NCBI GenBank assembly: GCA_951406725.2
Contig: OX597834.1
Location: forward strand, 27,652,001-27,716,000
From: Octopus vulgaris
Taxonomy: Eukaryota
Reading direction: 5' to 3'
Length of the DNA: 64,000 bases
Under the pieces are notes generated by a model, which made no database searches, was not told the DNA's origin, and saw only the letters and a program-made list of their open reading frames with translations. Below are positions 12,836 to 26,902 of the stretch, in pieces (the stretch's first letter is position 1; each line of letters begins with the position of its first letter). The translations under genes and the position numbers were made by a program.

Positions 12836-13320
12836 TCTATATTTATATATATATAGATATATCCACACAGGTTCATACATGCAAACATATATTCATACGC
12901 ACATACACACATATATACACAAGCACACAAACACACATACACACAATAAACTTTACGTCAGATTCAGTTTTAGACTCCATTCCATACACATCAACTAATA
13001 CACTACACGCATCTCATGAGATATTCCACTATACACTCGCACTATCTATTACATATTACATACTACACTATATACACTACACACTACATATATATATCAT
13101 ATTACATATATATCACATGTTATATACGTTATATATAATTTTATTTTTTAAGAGACTCCTACAATTTCTGCCTCGACTCTCTTTCCGTTTTTACCTGCCT
13201 GGTTTCCGTTGTCGTATACATATATCGCCACTATGGATATAGCCTCGCGACATCATATATATCCCATGATCCAACACACTTCTCTCCCAACGCTTTCTGT
13301 CTCCCCCCTCTCCCAATTAC

Positions 13321-13384
<64 letters not shown>

Positions 13385-13465
13385 CCCCTCGCTTTTGTTG
13401 TAACTTTAAATGCATACACTCACAATCACGCACATGCATCCGCCAATACATACATACATGTATAT

Positions 13466-13542
<77 letters not shown>

Positions 13543-13558
13543 CATATATATGTATATA

Positions 13559-13610
<52 letters not shown>

Positions 13611-13769
13611 CATACATACATGCTCATAACCACATGCACATACACATTATGTGTATGTGTATGCAGGTATGCACATTAATAGTTACGTCACTCCTTTCTA
13701 TATCCCTTACTATACGAGAAACAACTAGCATTTCAGAGCGGACAACAAATTTATTTTATTTTTACATAA

Positions 13770-13831
<62 letters not shown>

Positions 13832-14013
13832 TCACACAAATGTATGTATATATATATATATATATATGAATATAAATATATGTATGTGTATATATATATC
13901 TATACATATATTTATATTTTATATATATATGTATGTGCGTACTCATATACACACACATATATATGTATGTATATATACGTATATATATATGTACATTTAT
14001 AGATATATATATG

Positions 14014-14045
<32 letters not shown>

Positions 14046-14063
14046 TGTATTTATATTTATATG

Positions 14064-14155
<92 letters not shown>

Positions 14156-14240
14156 CACATAATTTTCCTCCCTTACGTTTGTTGCTAAAAATCTTTCAAT
14201 ATTTTTCTTAGACTGTATCATGTTATCAGTATCAACATCA

Positions 14241-14319
<79 letters not shown>

Positions 14320-14987
14320 TGCTACTATTCCCTTTCTGCATTTCTTGTAAATTTTAGGAAAACTTTTCGCTTCACTGAATTCCAGTTGATTTTGTTTTAA
14401 CGAGAAAACTTTTGTGAACCTATTACTACGTCGTAGTTTATTTTATTTTATTTGTTTTTGTTTGAATAACTTTTTTGCGTTTTTGTTTTTCCTAAGTTTC
14501 TGACGTTTTTTTCAAAAAAAAAATATATTTCATTCCTTTCATTATTTTTTTGTTTGTTTTGTATCTCCCTTTTGGTGAAATACTCAGGTATTTGCTAAAA
14601 AACAGAAAAAGTATCCATAGATGCCTGTGTATATCTGTAGGTATGTGTGTATGTATATATATATATATTTGTGTTTATCAATCTATCTATCTGTCTGTCT
14701 ATTTACCATCTATCAATTTATCTGGTAGTCCGTCAGTCACTCTATCTCTCTCTTTCTCTCTGTGTATATACATATGCGTATGTGTATATGTGTGCTTCTA
14801 TGTATGTTTGTGTGTTCACATTTACATGTATACACACACAAACACACACGATGTTTACATATAAATATCTAGTTATTTAAAATAATGTATATTCTAATAA
14901 GTCATGCGTGTTTGTGGTTATCTCTCGTTCTCCCTCTCTCTTTCTTTCTCTCTATATAAACATATACATGCATATATATATATATAC

Positions 14988-15084
<97 letters not shown>

Positions 15085-15132
15085 CACATACATCTATATA
15101 TATATATATATATATATATACATACACATACA

Positions 15133-15169
<37 letters not shown>

Positions 15170-15624
15170 GTATATGTATATATGTAATAATGTATTATGT
15201 ATATATATTGAAAAGTGCCAACGCACGAAACTATCGGCCCTTGAGCCACTTTGCTAGATGTTAATAAATATATACATATACTCATATTTTAGTTCCATTT
15301 TTCCTGTTTGCAGCACTATATACACACATGTATATGTATATATATATATATGCACGCATATGTACATATATACAATTACTGTAATATATAAGCTGTTATT
15401 TGAGTTATTAATCCTTAAAAGAGGACATTGAGTGCGCGTGTGTGTGTATATATGTGTGTGTTCGTGTTTGTGTATGTGTGTTTGTGTTTGTATATGTGTC
15501 TTTTTATCTGTATATATCGGTACGCGTTAGTGTCTTAACGTACATGAATATGCATTAACATGCATATGAATGTATATATATATATATATTGTTTCTGTAT
15601 GCGTAAATAAGCTTGTGTGTATAC

Positions 15625-15844
15625 TCTCTCTCTTTACTCTTTTACTTGTTTCAGTCACTTGACTGCGGCCATGCTGGAACACCGCCTTTAGTCGAGCAAA
15701 TCGACCCCGGGACTTATTCTTTGTAAGCCCAGTACTTATTCTATCGGTCTCTTTTGCCGAACCGCTAAGTGACGGGGACGTAAACACACCAGCATCGGTT
15801 GTCAAGCAATGCTAGGGGGACAAACACACACAGACACACACACA

Positions 15845-15902
<58 letters not shown>

Positions 15903-16068
15903 TACGACAGGCTTCTTTCAGTTTCCGTCTACCTAATCCACTCACAAGGCATTGGTCGGCCCGGGGCTATAGCATAAGACACTTGCCCAAGATGCCACGC
16001 AATGGGACTGAACGCGGAACCATGTGGTTGGTTAGCAAGCTACTTACCACACAGCCACTCCTGCACCT
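15625..16068 (-). mobile_element. SINE family A, full length
   Basis: Matches the family A copies end to end. Confidence 0.93.
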
Positions 16069-16747
16069 ATGTATGTAAGTATGTATGTATGTGTTTTGTG
16101 CGTATACCAAAGGATATGTGTGTCTGTGTGCGTGTGTGTAAATGTGTATATATTTACGTTCAACTCTGTATGCATATATGAGTGTTTCGGTATGTCTATA
16201 CAAGCCAGTGTGCATATGTATGTGTCTGGTTTTATTTTATATTTGTGTGTGTGTGTGTGTCTGTGTGTGTGTGTATGTATGGGTGTGTGTGTGTATTTTC
16301 GGCCACTTCTATTTGAGTGTGAATGCATATATCACACTTCCAGTATGTGTGTGTGTGTGTGTGTGTGTGTGCGTTTCAGTTAACACGTTTTCATGTTTAA
16401 CCCAAGGTCAACCTTCCTTAAATAGTCCTATGATGAATGTTATGTGAGACATGATCAACCTGTCAACATGTCATTTTTTGCCAGACGTCTGTGTAATGTG
16501 TCCTCTATTTCTTAAGACCTATGAGTATCACTTGAAAGGAATTCGACTTCTCTTTCTAGCACGCCACACGGTCACAAAAAGCCTCCCTGTTCTGATATGT
16601 ATATGTTTGATCATGTTTGTTTGTGCGTGTGTATTAGCGTGTGTGTACTTGCGTGTGTGTGTGTGTGTCCGTGTGTGTGTGTTCGTCTGTGTGTGATAGT
16701 CTATATGTGTTTTTATGTATACAAAATTTTCAAGTATAAGTAGTTAA

Positions 16748-16915
16748 GTTGTGCGGCCTAGTAGTTAGGGTGTTGCATTTCCGATCGCAAGATCGTGGTG
16801 GGTTCGACTCCCGACCGGGCAGTATCTGGTGTTCTTGGGAAAACACTTCATTTCTACATTGCTGCAGTCCGCTCAGATCTAAACGAGTAAACCTACGACG
16901 GACTGGCGACCTGTT
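16748..16915 (+). mobile_element. Old tRNA-derived CORE-type SINE
   Basis: A box cggcctagtagttagg, B box ggttcgactccc, CORE-like gtgttcttgggaaaacacttcatttc...cagtccgctcag. Confidence 0.7.
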
Positions 16916-17519
16916 AAAAGGATAATAATGATATCAACTACTAAATCTGAGACTGTGTCAATTCTGAATAAAGGACAAGAGTGAGTTGACAGCCCATGGC
17001 TAGGTATGGTCATAAATATGATCATATGTATCCCTTTTCTCCAAGGAGGAAATAAGACATCAGGAGTAGTCAGTTGAATATAAGTAACTGTCTATAAAAT
17101 GAAGCAGGGTGAGAGTAGACTTTAAATCATGATGCTAATTAACAGTTAAAGGGGTAAGACTCTAAGAAACCTAAGCTTTTAATACAGAGGTAATTTTATT
17201 GAGAGGCACAATGGAGTAATATTTATAAACAATATTGTTATGTTGTATAAAAGTAAAATTTCAGAATTCCAAAAATGATATAGCCAAAATAAGTAAAAGG
17301 TGTGTGTATATCTATTATAAACATTAAAAAGGAAGATAAATAGAATCAGCTTAATATTCATTCATGTACTTAATTAATTAATTAATTAATTATGAGGTGG
17401 TTTCTATAAAGACTGATCAAGGCATTTAGATAGGAAATAACTGGCAAGATATGCATGCTATCTATTAATTTTAAGCCATAAATCAATAAATGTGTAGAAA
17501 TGCATACAGTTGCACACAC

Positions 17520-17650
17520 GTATACGACGAGCTTCTTTCAGTTTCCACCTACCGAATCCACCCGCAAGTCTTTGGTCGCGCAGCGGGACTGAATCCAAGC
17601 ACAGGTGGCTGGGAAGTAAGCTTCATAACCATACACCCATGCCTGACTGG
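17520..17650 (-). mobile_element. Degenerate SINE A 5' fragment
   Basis: tacgacgagcttctttcagtttcc...gggactgaatcc. Confidence 0.65.
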
Positions 17651-18366
17651 TTTCAGTCGGCACCTGTCTGTGACCAGTGTCATTAATCGTAACCACTAAC
17701 ACTGAACATTTATGATATAAATCCTATAACTGACCTTTATAGGTAAATTCATATCTGTGTGTGTGTGTGTTGAAGGAAGAAATATGATAAACACAAGATG
17801 ATATTCAGTATATAAACCTTGCATAAAAAAGATTTTGTTCACAAACATTTGATTCCTATAGATATGATGTAAAAATGGGCTCCCCTGGTGAACTCCTTGT
17901 GGATCAGCAACCAATTGCACTATTGAAACTCACTGGGGGGAATGCAAATAAGCACGATGGTGAAAGGTACGTAGGGAAAAATGCTATGAATACCACGTTG
18001 TGTTTATCATACTTTTTCCTTCAACACACACACATATATAAATTTACATATATATGCACATATGTATGTGTGTACGTATATATATATATATGTATATGTG
18101 CATATAAATATATGTATAAGTACATACATATATGCTGATATATACATACATATATACAGACAGATAGACATACATACTTATGTATGGATGGATGAAAGTT
18201 AGTATATGAAAAATCATGTTTTTATCCAAAGGGATAAATATGCCTTATATTTGGATATATACGCTTTGATATAGTTCATTCAGTCTACAATTCGTTTTAT
18301 GTATCAATGTATAAATGGATCTACGTAGGATACGTGTATGTATGTATATGTATATATGTATATATG

Positions 18367-18469
<103 letters not shown>

Positions 18470-18719
18470 GTATATGTATATAAAAGAGATAGATAAATAA
18501 ACACATATATATATATATTTATACATACATATATATATATACATAAACGCACATTTATATATATACATACATACACACATACATATATTATGTACATAAG
18601 TGCACACACATTCGTGCACATATTTACACATACATCCATATACATATATACACGTAAGTATGAAAAGATAATTACGCTCTTGACTCATTTATTCTTCCCT
18701 TATGAGGCGGCTAAATCCA

Positions 18720-18931
<212 letters not shown>

Positions 18932-19402
18932 AACCACACCTTAGTTTCTTAGTCTTCATAAAATAGTGATGTTGCTGTTGTTATCGTCGTAGCCGTGGTC
19001 GCCATCGTCTTTCATATTAATGTAGTCGTTTTCGTTGTTGTTGCTGTTGCTGTTGTTGTTGTTATTGTGGTTGTTGCTGTTGTTGTGCTTGTTGTTGTTG
19101 TTGTTAACCAATCCCAGAATGTTGGTTACGTTTCTGTTTGGCTTGTTGACCTTTCTATAACACAGAAATTTTTTTTTTTCTCATTCGTCTTCCTGTCCAT
19201 AAATATCGATTTCTTTGTATTTCTTTGACACAATAATAAAATATTGAACTGATCAGTTGATAGACGTCATCATTTATTTTCATTATCGGGTCTTGTTTTT
19301 AAAGACACCAGTGAATGGCGAAAACTAGGCCATGGGATGTTAAGTAATACTCATACGGTCATATATTCATACACATGCACACGAACACGCACAAAGACAA
19401 CG

Positions 19403-19458
<56 letters not shown>

Positions 19459-19774
19459 TTGTGTGTGTGCGTGTATGAAGGCATGTATATATACGACGTT
19501 CATATTTCATATCTGGTTAACAGCTTTAGACCTTTTAGGGCCCGAGGCAGATTATTATGCAAATATTGGCATAAAATCGTCGGTTAGAGTATGGTATTTA
19601 ATAGCAGAATCTGGAACCGGTGGCATTCATGCTTTCTGTGCAGCTTTTCCGTTCCTTATTTTCAACACACCAGCGCGCGCGCGCGCACCCACACACACAT
19701 ACACACACACACACACGAAACAAAAGCATTCACACATATTCACACACGCACGAACACGCCTATGTATATATATC

Positions 19775-19972
19775 GCCATGATAGATCGTTAGCCACTACA
19801 CATATTTTTTTCTCTCCATGTTTCTCTCCTTGTTTTTTTCTGTGTCCCTTTCTGTAGAAGAGCATAGGCTCGAAACGTAAAAGACTTTTTCTATTCCTGA
19901 GCATTATACTAATACATTTGTTTGTTTTGTACACCACCTGTCTTCGTCTTGTTTTTTTCGTAAACTCTCCCT
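19775..19972 (+). mobile_element. Short TA-embedded element, probable Penelope-like pLTR, with variant hammerhead fold at 19848-19883
   Basis: cttt-CTGTAGA-A-GAGC-atag-GCTC-GAAA-CG-TA-aaag; homologous to 24760-24934 and 61445-61565. Confidence 0.65.
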
Positions 19973-20396
19973 ATACATGTATAGTTAAACACAAGTTTAT
20001 GGTAAACACACGACTATAGAAAGCCCAAGTCTATATCACACTTGTTACCTGCGTACATTTCACCAGTGTGGTTATTGATAAGCTCTGCAGTGGATGTATT
20101 TTCCGCATGCTGAACCACAACAGATCAGCAAGAGAGTATTTTAATGCATTATGTTCCAGAAGTCAAACACCTATAACATTAATCTAGAAAGTGTTTCCCT
20201 GATGATCTTATCTGTGGTTCTGCATCCAGTAGCATTTGGAAGGTGCAATGCACTGACATCTGTAAACATATGTGCGTGTGTGCCTTTGTGTGTGTGTGTG
20301 TGTGCGCGCGCGCGCACACACACACACACAAGGACACATACACAAACATGCACAAACACACACACACACGCAAACACTCACATACATACACATGCA

Positions 20397-20436
<40 letters not shown>

Positions 20437-20625
20437 TATACTGGGTGCGGTGAATAAAATGCCCAACTGACCCTACTATACTGTGTCATCGACAAAATCA
20501 GAAACAAACAATTCGCATGCGCAAAATTTAAAATATGAGACGGCGACAATTTACCCATCGCACTCTGTATATAATGTAGTGTCTATATGTGTACTTTTGT
20601 GTATGTGTGTATATGTTTATATCGA

Positions 20626-20820
20626 GATGCTTAGCGGTATTTCGTCTGCCATTACGTTGTGAGTTCAAATTCCGTCGAGGTCGACTTTGCCTTTCATCCT
20701 TTCGGGGTCGATAAATTAAGCACCAGTTACACACTGGGGTCGATGTAATCGACTTAATATCTATGTCTATCCTTGTTTGTCCCCTCTATGTTTAGCCCCT
20801 TGTGGGTAATAAAGAAATAG
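20626..20820 (+). mobile_element. SINE family B, 5'-truncated
   Basis: atgcttagcggtatttcgtctg...aataaagaaatag. Confidence 0.9.
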
Positions 20821-20829
20821 GTATGTATG

Positions 20830-20945
20830 AGTTTCTGTGTCCGTGTTTGTCCACACTACTACTTGCCAACCGGTGTTAACGTGTTTATGTGCCCGAAAAT
20901 TAGCGGTTTGGGAAAGAAACCGATGAAATAAGTACCAGGCTTAAA
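20830..20945 (+). mobile_element. Degenerate SINE A 3' fragment
   Basis: gtgtttgtcc...caaccggtg...tagcggtttgg...aagtaccaggctta. Confidence 0.6.
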
Positions 20946-21069
20946 AAGCAGTAACAGAGGTGGCGGTAACAGAGATCGATCGTAACGAAAACAAAAGAAA
21001 AAGAAACTAAAATGAATGAGCTACTTATCGAAAATGTCCTTCATTCGCTAAGACAGTAAGGCATGTGTG

Positions 21070-21452
21070 TGGAGGCGCAAGGCCCAGTGGTTAGGGCAGC
21101 GGACTCGCGGTCATAGGATCGCGGTTTCGATTCCCAGACCGGGTGTTGTGAGTGTTTATTGAGCGAAAACACCTAAAAGCTCCACGAAGCTCTGGCAGGG
21201 GATGGTGGTGATCCCTGCTGTACTCTTTCACCACAACTTTCTCTCATTCTTACTTCCTGTTTCTGTTGTACCTGTATTTCAAAGGGGCCGGCCTTGTCAC
21301 TCTCTGTGTCACGCAGAATATCCCCGAGAACTACGTTAAGGGTACACGTGTCTGTGGAGTGCTCAGCCACTTACACGTTAATTTCACGAGCAGGCTGTTC
21401 CGTTGATTCGGTTCAACCGGAACCCTCGTCGTCGTAACTGACGGGGTGCTTC
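21070..21452 (+). mobile_element. SINE family D (tRNA-derived), full length with 13 bp TSD
   Basis: A box ggcccagtggttagg, B box ggtttcgattccc; TSD taaggcatgtgtg at 21057-21069 and 21453-21465. Confidence 0.9.
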
Positions 21453-21721
21453 TAAGGCATGTGTGATTTGAAGGATATTTGGCAACTATTACTTGCAGGT
21501 CAAGTGACTCCATACAGCTATTCTCGCTAATGCTTAGTTCCAGCTCAATTTTAACACAGCGGACCTATGATCAAAGACGTTCCAGCCGTTACCATACGGT
21601 CTTTTATTTGACACCTATTTCGATTATATCATCGAAGATATGTTTTCTTTAGTGGCGTGTGAAATTTGAGGGTCATTTGGCTGCTGTAACGCACTGGTTA
21701 AAGACCCCACAAAGGATTTCT

Positions 21722-22320
21722 TATTTCTTTATTGCGCACGAGGGGCTAAACATAGAGGGGACAAACAAGGACAGGCAAACGGATTAAGTCGATTACATCG
21801 ACTCCAGTGCGTAACTGGTACTTAATTTATCGACCCTGAAAGGATAAAAGGCAAAGTCAACCTCAGCGGAATTTGAACTCAGAACGTAACGGCAGACGAA
21901 ATAGCTATTTCTTTACTGCCCAAAAGGGGCTAAACATAGAGGGGACAAACAAGGACAGACATACGGATTAAGTCGATTATATCGACCCCAGTGCGTAACT
22001 GGTACTTATTTAATCGACCCCGAAAGGATGAAAGGCAAAGTCGACCTTGGCAGAATTTCAGCTCAGTACGTAGCGGCAGACGAAATAGCTATTTCTTTAC
22101 TGCCCAAAAGGGGCTAAACATAGAGGGGGCAAACAAGGACAGACACACGGATTAAGTCGATTCTATCGACCTCAGTGCGTAACTGGTACTTATTTAATCG
22201 ACCCCGAAAGGATGAAAGGCAAAGTCGACCTCGGCAGAATTTGAGCTCAGAACGTAACGGCAGACGAAATACCGCTAAGCATTTCGCCCGGCGTGCTAAC
22301 GTTTCTGCCAGCTCGCCGCC
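21722..22320 (-). mobile_element. SINE family B trimer (one full unit plus two head-less 184 bp units)
   Basis: Junction gaaatagctatttc at 21898-21911 and 22082-22095. Confidence 0.93.
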
Positions 22321-22560
22321 ACATAAAGGTCTTTGGGTTGACGTTTAACACCAGATCAATCCAAACACAACAGACCGGTGATCAAAGACATTTCAGCCGT
22401 GACCATGTCTTTGATCACTGGTCTGTTGTGCTTGGATTGATCTGGTGTTAAACGTCAACAAGAAATCCTTTATGTGACGGCGAGCTGGCAGAAACGTTAG
22501 CACGCCGGGCGAAATGCTTAGCGGTATTTCGTCTGCCGTTACGTTCTGGGTTCAAATTCC
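22237..22560. repeat. Fold-back inverted repeat, ~155 bp arms, 13 nt loop
   Basis: Arms 22237-22391 and 22405-22559 are reverse complements; loop ttcagccgtgacc. Confidence 0.92.
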
Positions 22561-22603
22561 TTGTATGAGTGTGAAATTTGAGGAAGATTTTACTATTATT
22601 ACA

Positions 22604-22833
22604 TATTTCTTTATTACCCACAAGGGGCTAAACACAGAGGGGACAAACAAGGACAGACATAGGTATTAAGTCGATTACATCGACCCCAGTGCTTAACTGG
22701 TACTTAATTTATCGACCCCGAGAGGATGAAAGGCAAAGTCGACCTCGGCGGAATTTGAACTCACAACGTAACGCAGACGAAATACCGCTAAGCATTTCGC
22801 CCGGCGTGCTAACGTTTCTGCCAGCTCGCCGCC
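22604..22833 (-). mobile_element. SINE family B monomer with 16 bp TSD
   Basis: TSD ttttactattattaca at 22588-22603 and 22834-22849. Confidence 0.93.
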
Positions 22834-23099
22834 TTTTACTATTATTACAGTCAAGTCGAGTGAGTACGTAAAAGCTGCAGTGGTTTTCCTCAATGCCTCG
22901 TTAAGAAGATATGTTATCTATACAAGGAGTGATCGGTTTTGACGTAGTTTGTATGACACGAAACCCTCCCGCGGCTTGGTTAAACACTGTTGAACAGTGG
23001 GAGTCTGGGGCGGGGGGGGAGGAGGTGCGACCGGCTCCCTGGTGGCGCACCTTGGGACAACATCTTGAGAAATGAATTTGCCACGTATGGACACATGTC

Positions 23100-23385
23100 A
23101 CAATAATATCAACAACAAAACAACAACAATAGCAGTAAGAAGAAAAAGAAGAAGAAGAAGAAGAAGAAGAAGAAGAAGAAGAAGAACAACAACAACAACA
23201 ACAACAACAACAGAAGGTACGACGGCAGCAACAACAAGAAATACAATAACAAGCATAACAGCAACAACAACAACAACAACAACAATCAGCAACGATATTA
23301 CAACCACCACCAGTAACAACAACAACAATAGCTTCATCAACAACAGCAACAGCAACGACAACAAAAACAACAACAACGGTAACAA
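23100..23385. repeat. (AAG)n/(AAC)n compound microsatellite
   Basis: Direct reading. Confidence 0.92.
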
Positions 23386-23764
23386 ATCTAAAAATGGTTT
23401 CTAACTTTACTACAAAAGCCACGAAGTTATTGGATGTGGTTTTTTAGGAGCGGGAGAAACGTTTAAGTGGATATTTGGAGTAAAAGCAACAACAACAACA
23501 ACAAAAATAATAATAATAAAGAGAATGAGCTCAAATACTTTGTAATCGTTTATGAAAAATTGCTTCTGGATTTGAGGGGAGGGGGAGAATTTTTATATAT
23601 TTGTTTATTTATTTGTGATCAAATAAGTGAAGTTATCAACGTTACAACACTTCGTTTATATTGAAATTAAATGAATTCTGATGGAAACTTCAAAACAGCA
23701 CCCCCCCCCATTTTTTTTATATCCATTCTCTTTCCGTGCATCATCTCTTTCTTTCCCCCCTCTA

Positions 23765-24038
23765 GACCATCTAATGTTGCTACACAATGCGTTCGCATTG
23801 TTTTAGCCTCCAAATGACGCCACCCCGCTGGCTAAGCGAGCAGGCCAACAGAAGAAAGAGTGAGAGAAAGAGTGGTGAAGGAGTACAGCAGGGATCACCA
23901 CCATCCCCTGCCGGAGCCTCGTGGAGCTTCTAGATGTTTTCGCTCAATAAACACACACAACACCCGATCTGGGAATCGAAACCGCGATCCTCCGACCGTG
24001 AATCCGCTGCCCTAACCACTGGGCCATTGCGCCTCCAC
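23765..24038 (-). mobile_element. SINE related to family D (same head and core, different 3' tail)
   Basis: First ~190 bp match 21070-21255, then diverge to ...ggcctgctcgcttagccagcggggtggcgtc. Confidence 0.85.
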
Positions 24039-24187
24039 TATTTATTTGTATATTTGTATATTCCTTTATGGTGGATAATATCGACTTCACTGAAGTTTAA
24101 CTGTTACTAAGAATGTGTTGAAGACTTTCATTTTAAAGAAAAACGCTAAGAACTTTTAAATATACATACCTACATGCATGAATACAC

Positions 24188-24251
<64 letters not shown>

Positions 24252-24254
<3 letters not shown>

Positions 24255-24625
24255 TTTGAGTAGTTGAATGAATTATCTTATTATGGATAATTCGGTTAAC
24301 CGATACCTGGGTAGCAAATTCACGTCAGAAAAACACGGTTGAAGCTACATGCCAAGGGCAGAGATCACGTGCTTTCGTGTGGAAATTTGTGTGTTTTTTT
24401 AAATACAAATAAATGAAAGAATAGAGTTGAACGACGATTTAACAAAATTCCTTTATTCTCGACATATGTTTCGAAGGCTGCATATTCCTAATTTCGAAGG
24501 AATAAGGGGTGCATTATGCCGCCTTCTCATCAGGAAAAACAAGGAACTTATGTCAGCATCAAGATGAACAAAAACTTTTAGATGACTGCCCACACGGAGC
24601 CCATAGCGATAATGAGTGTTTCTTT
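24252..24625 (-). mobile_element. TA-embedded Penelope-like pLTR element
   Basis: (TA)n on both sides; contains a canonical hammerhead fold with AATAAA directly 3' of the predicted cleavage site. Confidence 0.65.
24456..24538 (-). ncRNA. Type I hammerhead ribozyme (canonical core, palindromic minimal helix III)
   Basis: ttttc-CUGAUGA-gaaggc...gccttc-GAAA-CAUAUG-UC-gagaa: helix I ttttc/gagaa, extended helix II, helix III ACAUAUGU, GUC cleavage triplet. Confidence 0.8.
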
Positions 24626-24640
24626 ATATATGAGTGTTTC

Positions 24641-24684
<44 letters not shown>

Positions 24685-24759
24685 TAGATATACATGTATA
24701 TATGCGTGTGTGTAAGCATTTATGTGTGTATCAATTCACACACACACACATATATACAG

Positions 24760-24934
24760 AGGGAGAATTCACACACAAAAAATGACGAAGACAGGTGGTG
24801 TAAACATACAGATGTATTAGTTTAACGCTCGGGAAGTGAAGATGTCTTTAACGTTTCGAGCCTACACTCTTCCACAGAAAGGAACAAGGAGAGGAAATAA
24901 AGAATGTGTAGTGGCTAGCGATCTATCATGGCAA
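24760..24934 (-). mobile_element. Second copy of the 19775 element; variant hammerhead at 24846-24881
   Basis: cttt-CTGTGGA-A-GAGT-gtag-GCTC-GAAA-CG-TT-aaag; shares the gccatgatagatcg(c/t)tagccactacaca end. Confidence 0.65.
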
Positions 24935-25119
24935 ATATGTGTGTGTGTATGCCGGTATGTATGCACACACATATATATGAATATATATATGTATATGTAT
25001 AATACATATAAGCATATATACAGATAAGTACACACACATACACACATATACATATGTATATATATATATGTGTGTGTATGTGCGTAACTATGTATTTATA
25101 TGTATATATATATATATAT

Positions 25120-25349
25120 ATTTCTTTACTACCCACAAGGGGCTAAACGCAGACGGGACAAACAAGGACAGACAACCGGATTAAGTCGATTACATCGACC
25201 CCAGTGCCTAGCTGGTACTTAATTTATCGACCCCGAAAGGATGAAAGGCAAAGTCGACCTCGGCGGGATTTGAACTCAGAACGTAGCGGCAGGAGAAATA
25301 CGGTTACGCATTTCGCCCGGCGTGCTAAAGCTTCTGCCAGATCGCCGCC
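25120..25349 (-). mobile_element. SINE family B monomer in (TA)n
   Basis: Full head to tail. Confidence 0.9.
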
Positions 25350-25373
25350 TTTTGTATATATATACATATATAT

Positions 25374-25480
<107 letters not shown>

Positions 25481-25608
25481 TGTGTGTGTGTATGTGTTTG
25501 TGTGTGTGTGTAAATAATTACTGGTATAACAATTACTGGTACGAGTGTACATTTATGTTTGAATAGATGTGTACAACTCACGTATAGATCTACGTATGTG
25601 CATGTGAG

Positions 25609-25670
<62 letters not shown>

Positions 25671-26163
25671 TGCCTTACAATACACACATCGGCGAGTACG
25701 TATAAAACGATTGCATGATTAAGAAAAGAGGTAAACGGCGATACAAGAAACGTAAGAAAACGAGAGATGGAGTAGCAGTGGGAGTAGAACGAAAAGCAAG
25801 AGTGGCGGGAGGGGAAGGAGGGGGAAAAAGGAGGAGTAGACGACTGCGTGGATAGATAAAGTTTGATGTTAAAAAAAAGCAAGGTAAAGACCTAGAAAGT
25901 GTGAGTGAAATAGAGACAGAGAGAGAGAGAGGGGGGAAGGGAAAAAGAGGTAAAGAAAGACAGTGAGAGTAGAAGGGGGTAAAGAAAGAAAGAGATGATG
26001 CACGGAAAGAGAATGGATATATAAAAAAAAAAAATGGCGGTGGGGTTTGCTGTTTTGAAGTTTCCATCAGAATTAATTTAATTTCAGTATAAACGAAGTG
26101 TTGTAACGTTGATAACTTCACTTAAATTGTCTCAACTACGTCATCTATGAAAGATAGAAGCAG

Positions 26164-26194
<31 letters not shown>

Positions 26195-26534
26195 AAAAGG
26201 ACATCTATTACATTCTCTCTCTCTCTCTCTCTCACCATCTTTCTCTCACTCACTTCATCACTCTCTCTCTCTCTCTCGCTTTTGCTGTTTTGCTTTCTTT
26301 CTTTCTTTATCTATCTCTTTTTTATTTCGCTCTATTTTTGTTTACGTTTTATCACGCTCTTCTCCCAGTCTCTGTCGTTCTCTTTCACTCACTGCCTTTC
26401 TCTCTCTTCTGCTCTTACTCAGTCTGTCTTTGTTTCTCTCTATATATCTCTTCTCTCATTCCATGCTTTATTACTAATTTCAATTCCATGTATGTATGTA
26501 TGTATGTATGTATGTATGTATGTATGTATGTATG

Positions 26535-26568
<34 letters not shown>

Positions 26569-26598
26569 TATATATATATACACACACACAAACACACA

Positions 26599-26695
<97 letters not shown>

Positions 26696-26785
26696 CAGCT
26701 AGCTGAAACTTCCAGTTCACTCTCAACAACATTCTTGCTTAAGAATCATAAAATATAAATACATATATATATAAACATATACATG

Positions 26786-26835
<50 letters not shown>

Positions 26836-26902
26836 CATATATGTGTGTGTGTGTGCTCGCGCGCGTATGTGTGTATATACATATATACACATATATACAC
26901 AT

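Larger units (their letters stand above)
21453..22990. repeat. Old degenerate ~190 bp tandem repeat hosting several SINE insertions
   Basis: gtgtga(aa)tttga(a/g)g recurs at about 21460, 21657 and 22569; tgatcaaagac(g/a)tt(c/t)cagccgt at about 21568 and 22379. Confidence 0.5.

Noticed and set aside
21722-22320. SINE B multimer as a hammerhead retrozyme or CRISPR-like array
   Set aside because: I found no CUGANGA/GAAA core on either strand of the unit, and there are no variable spacers.
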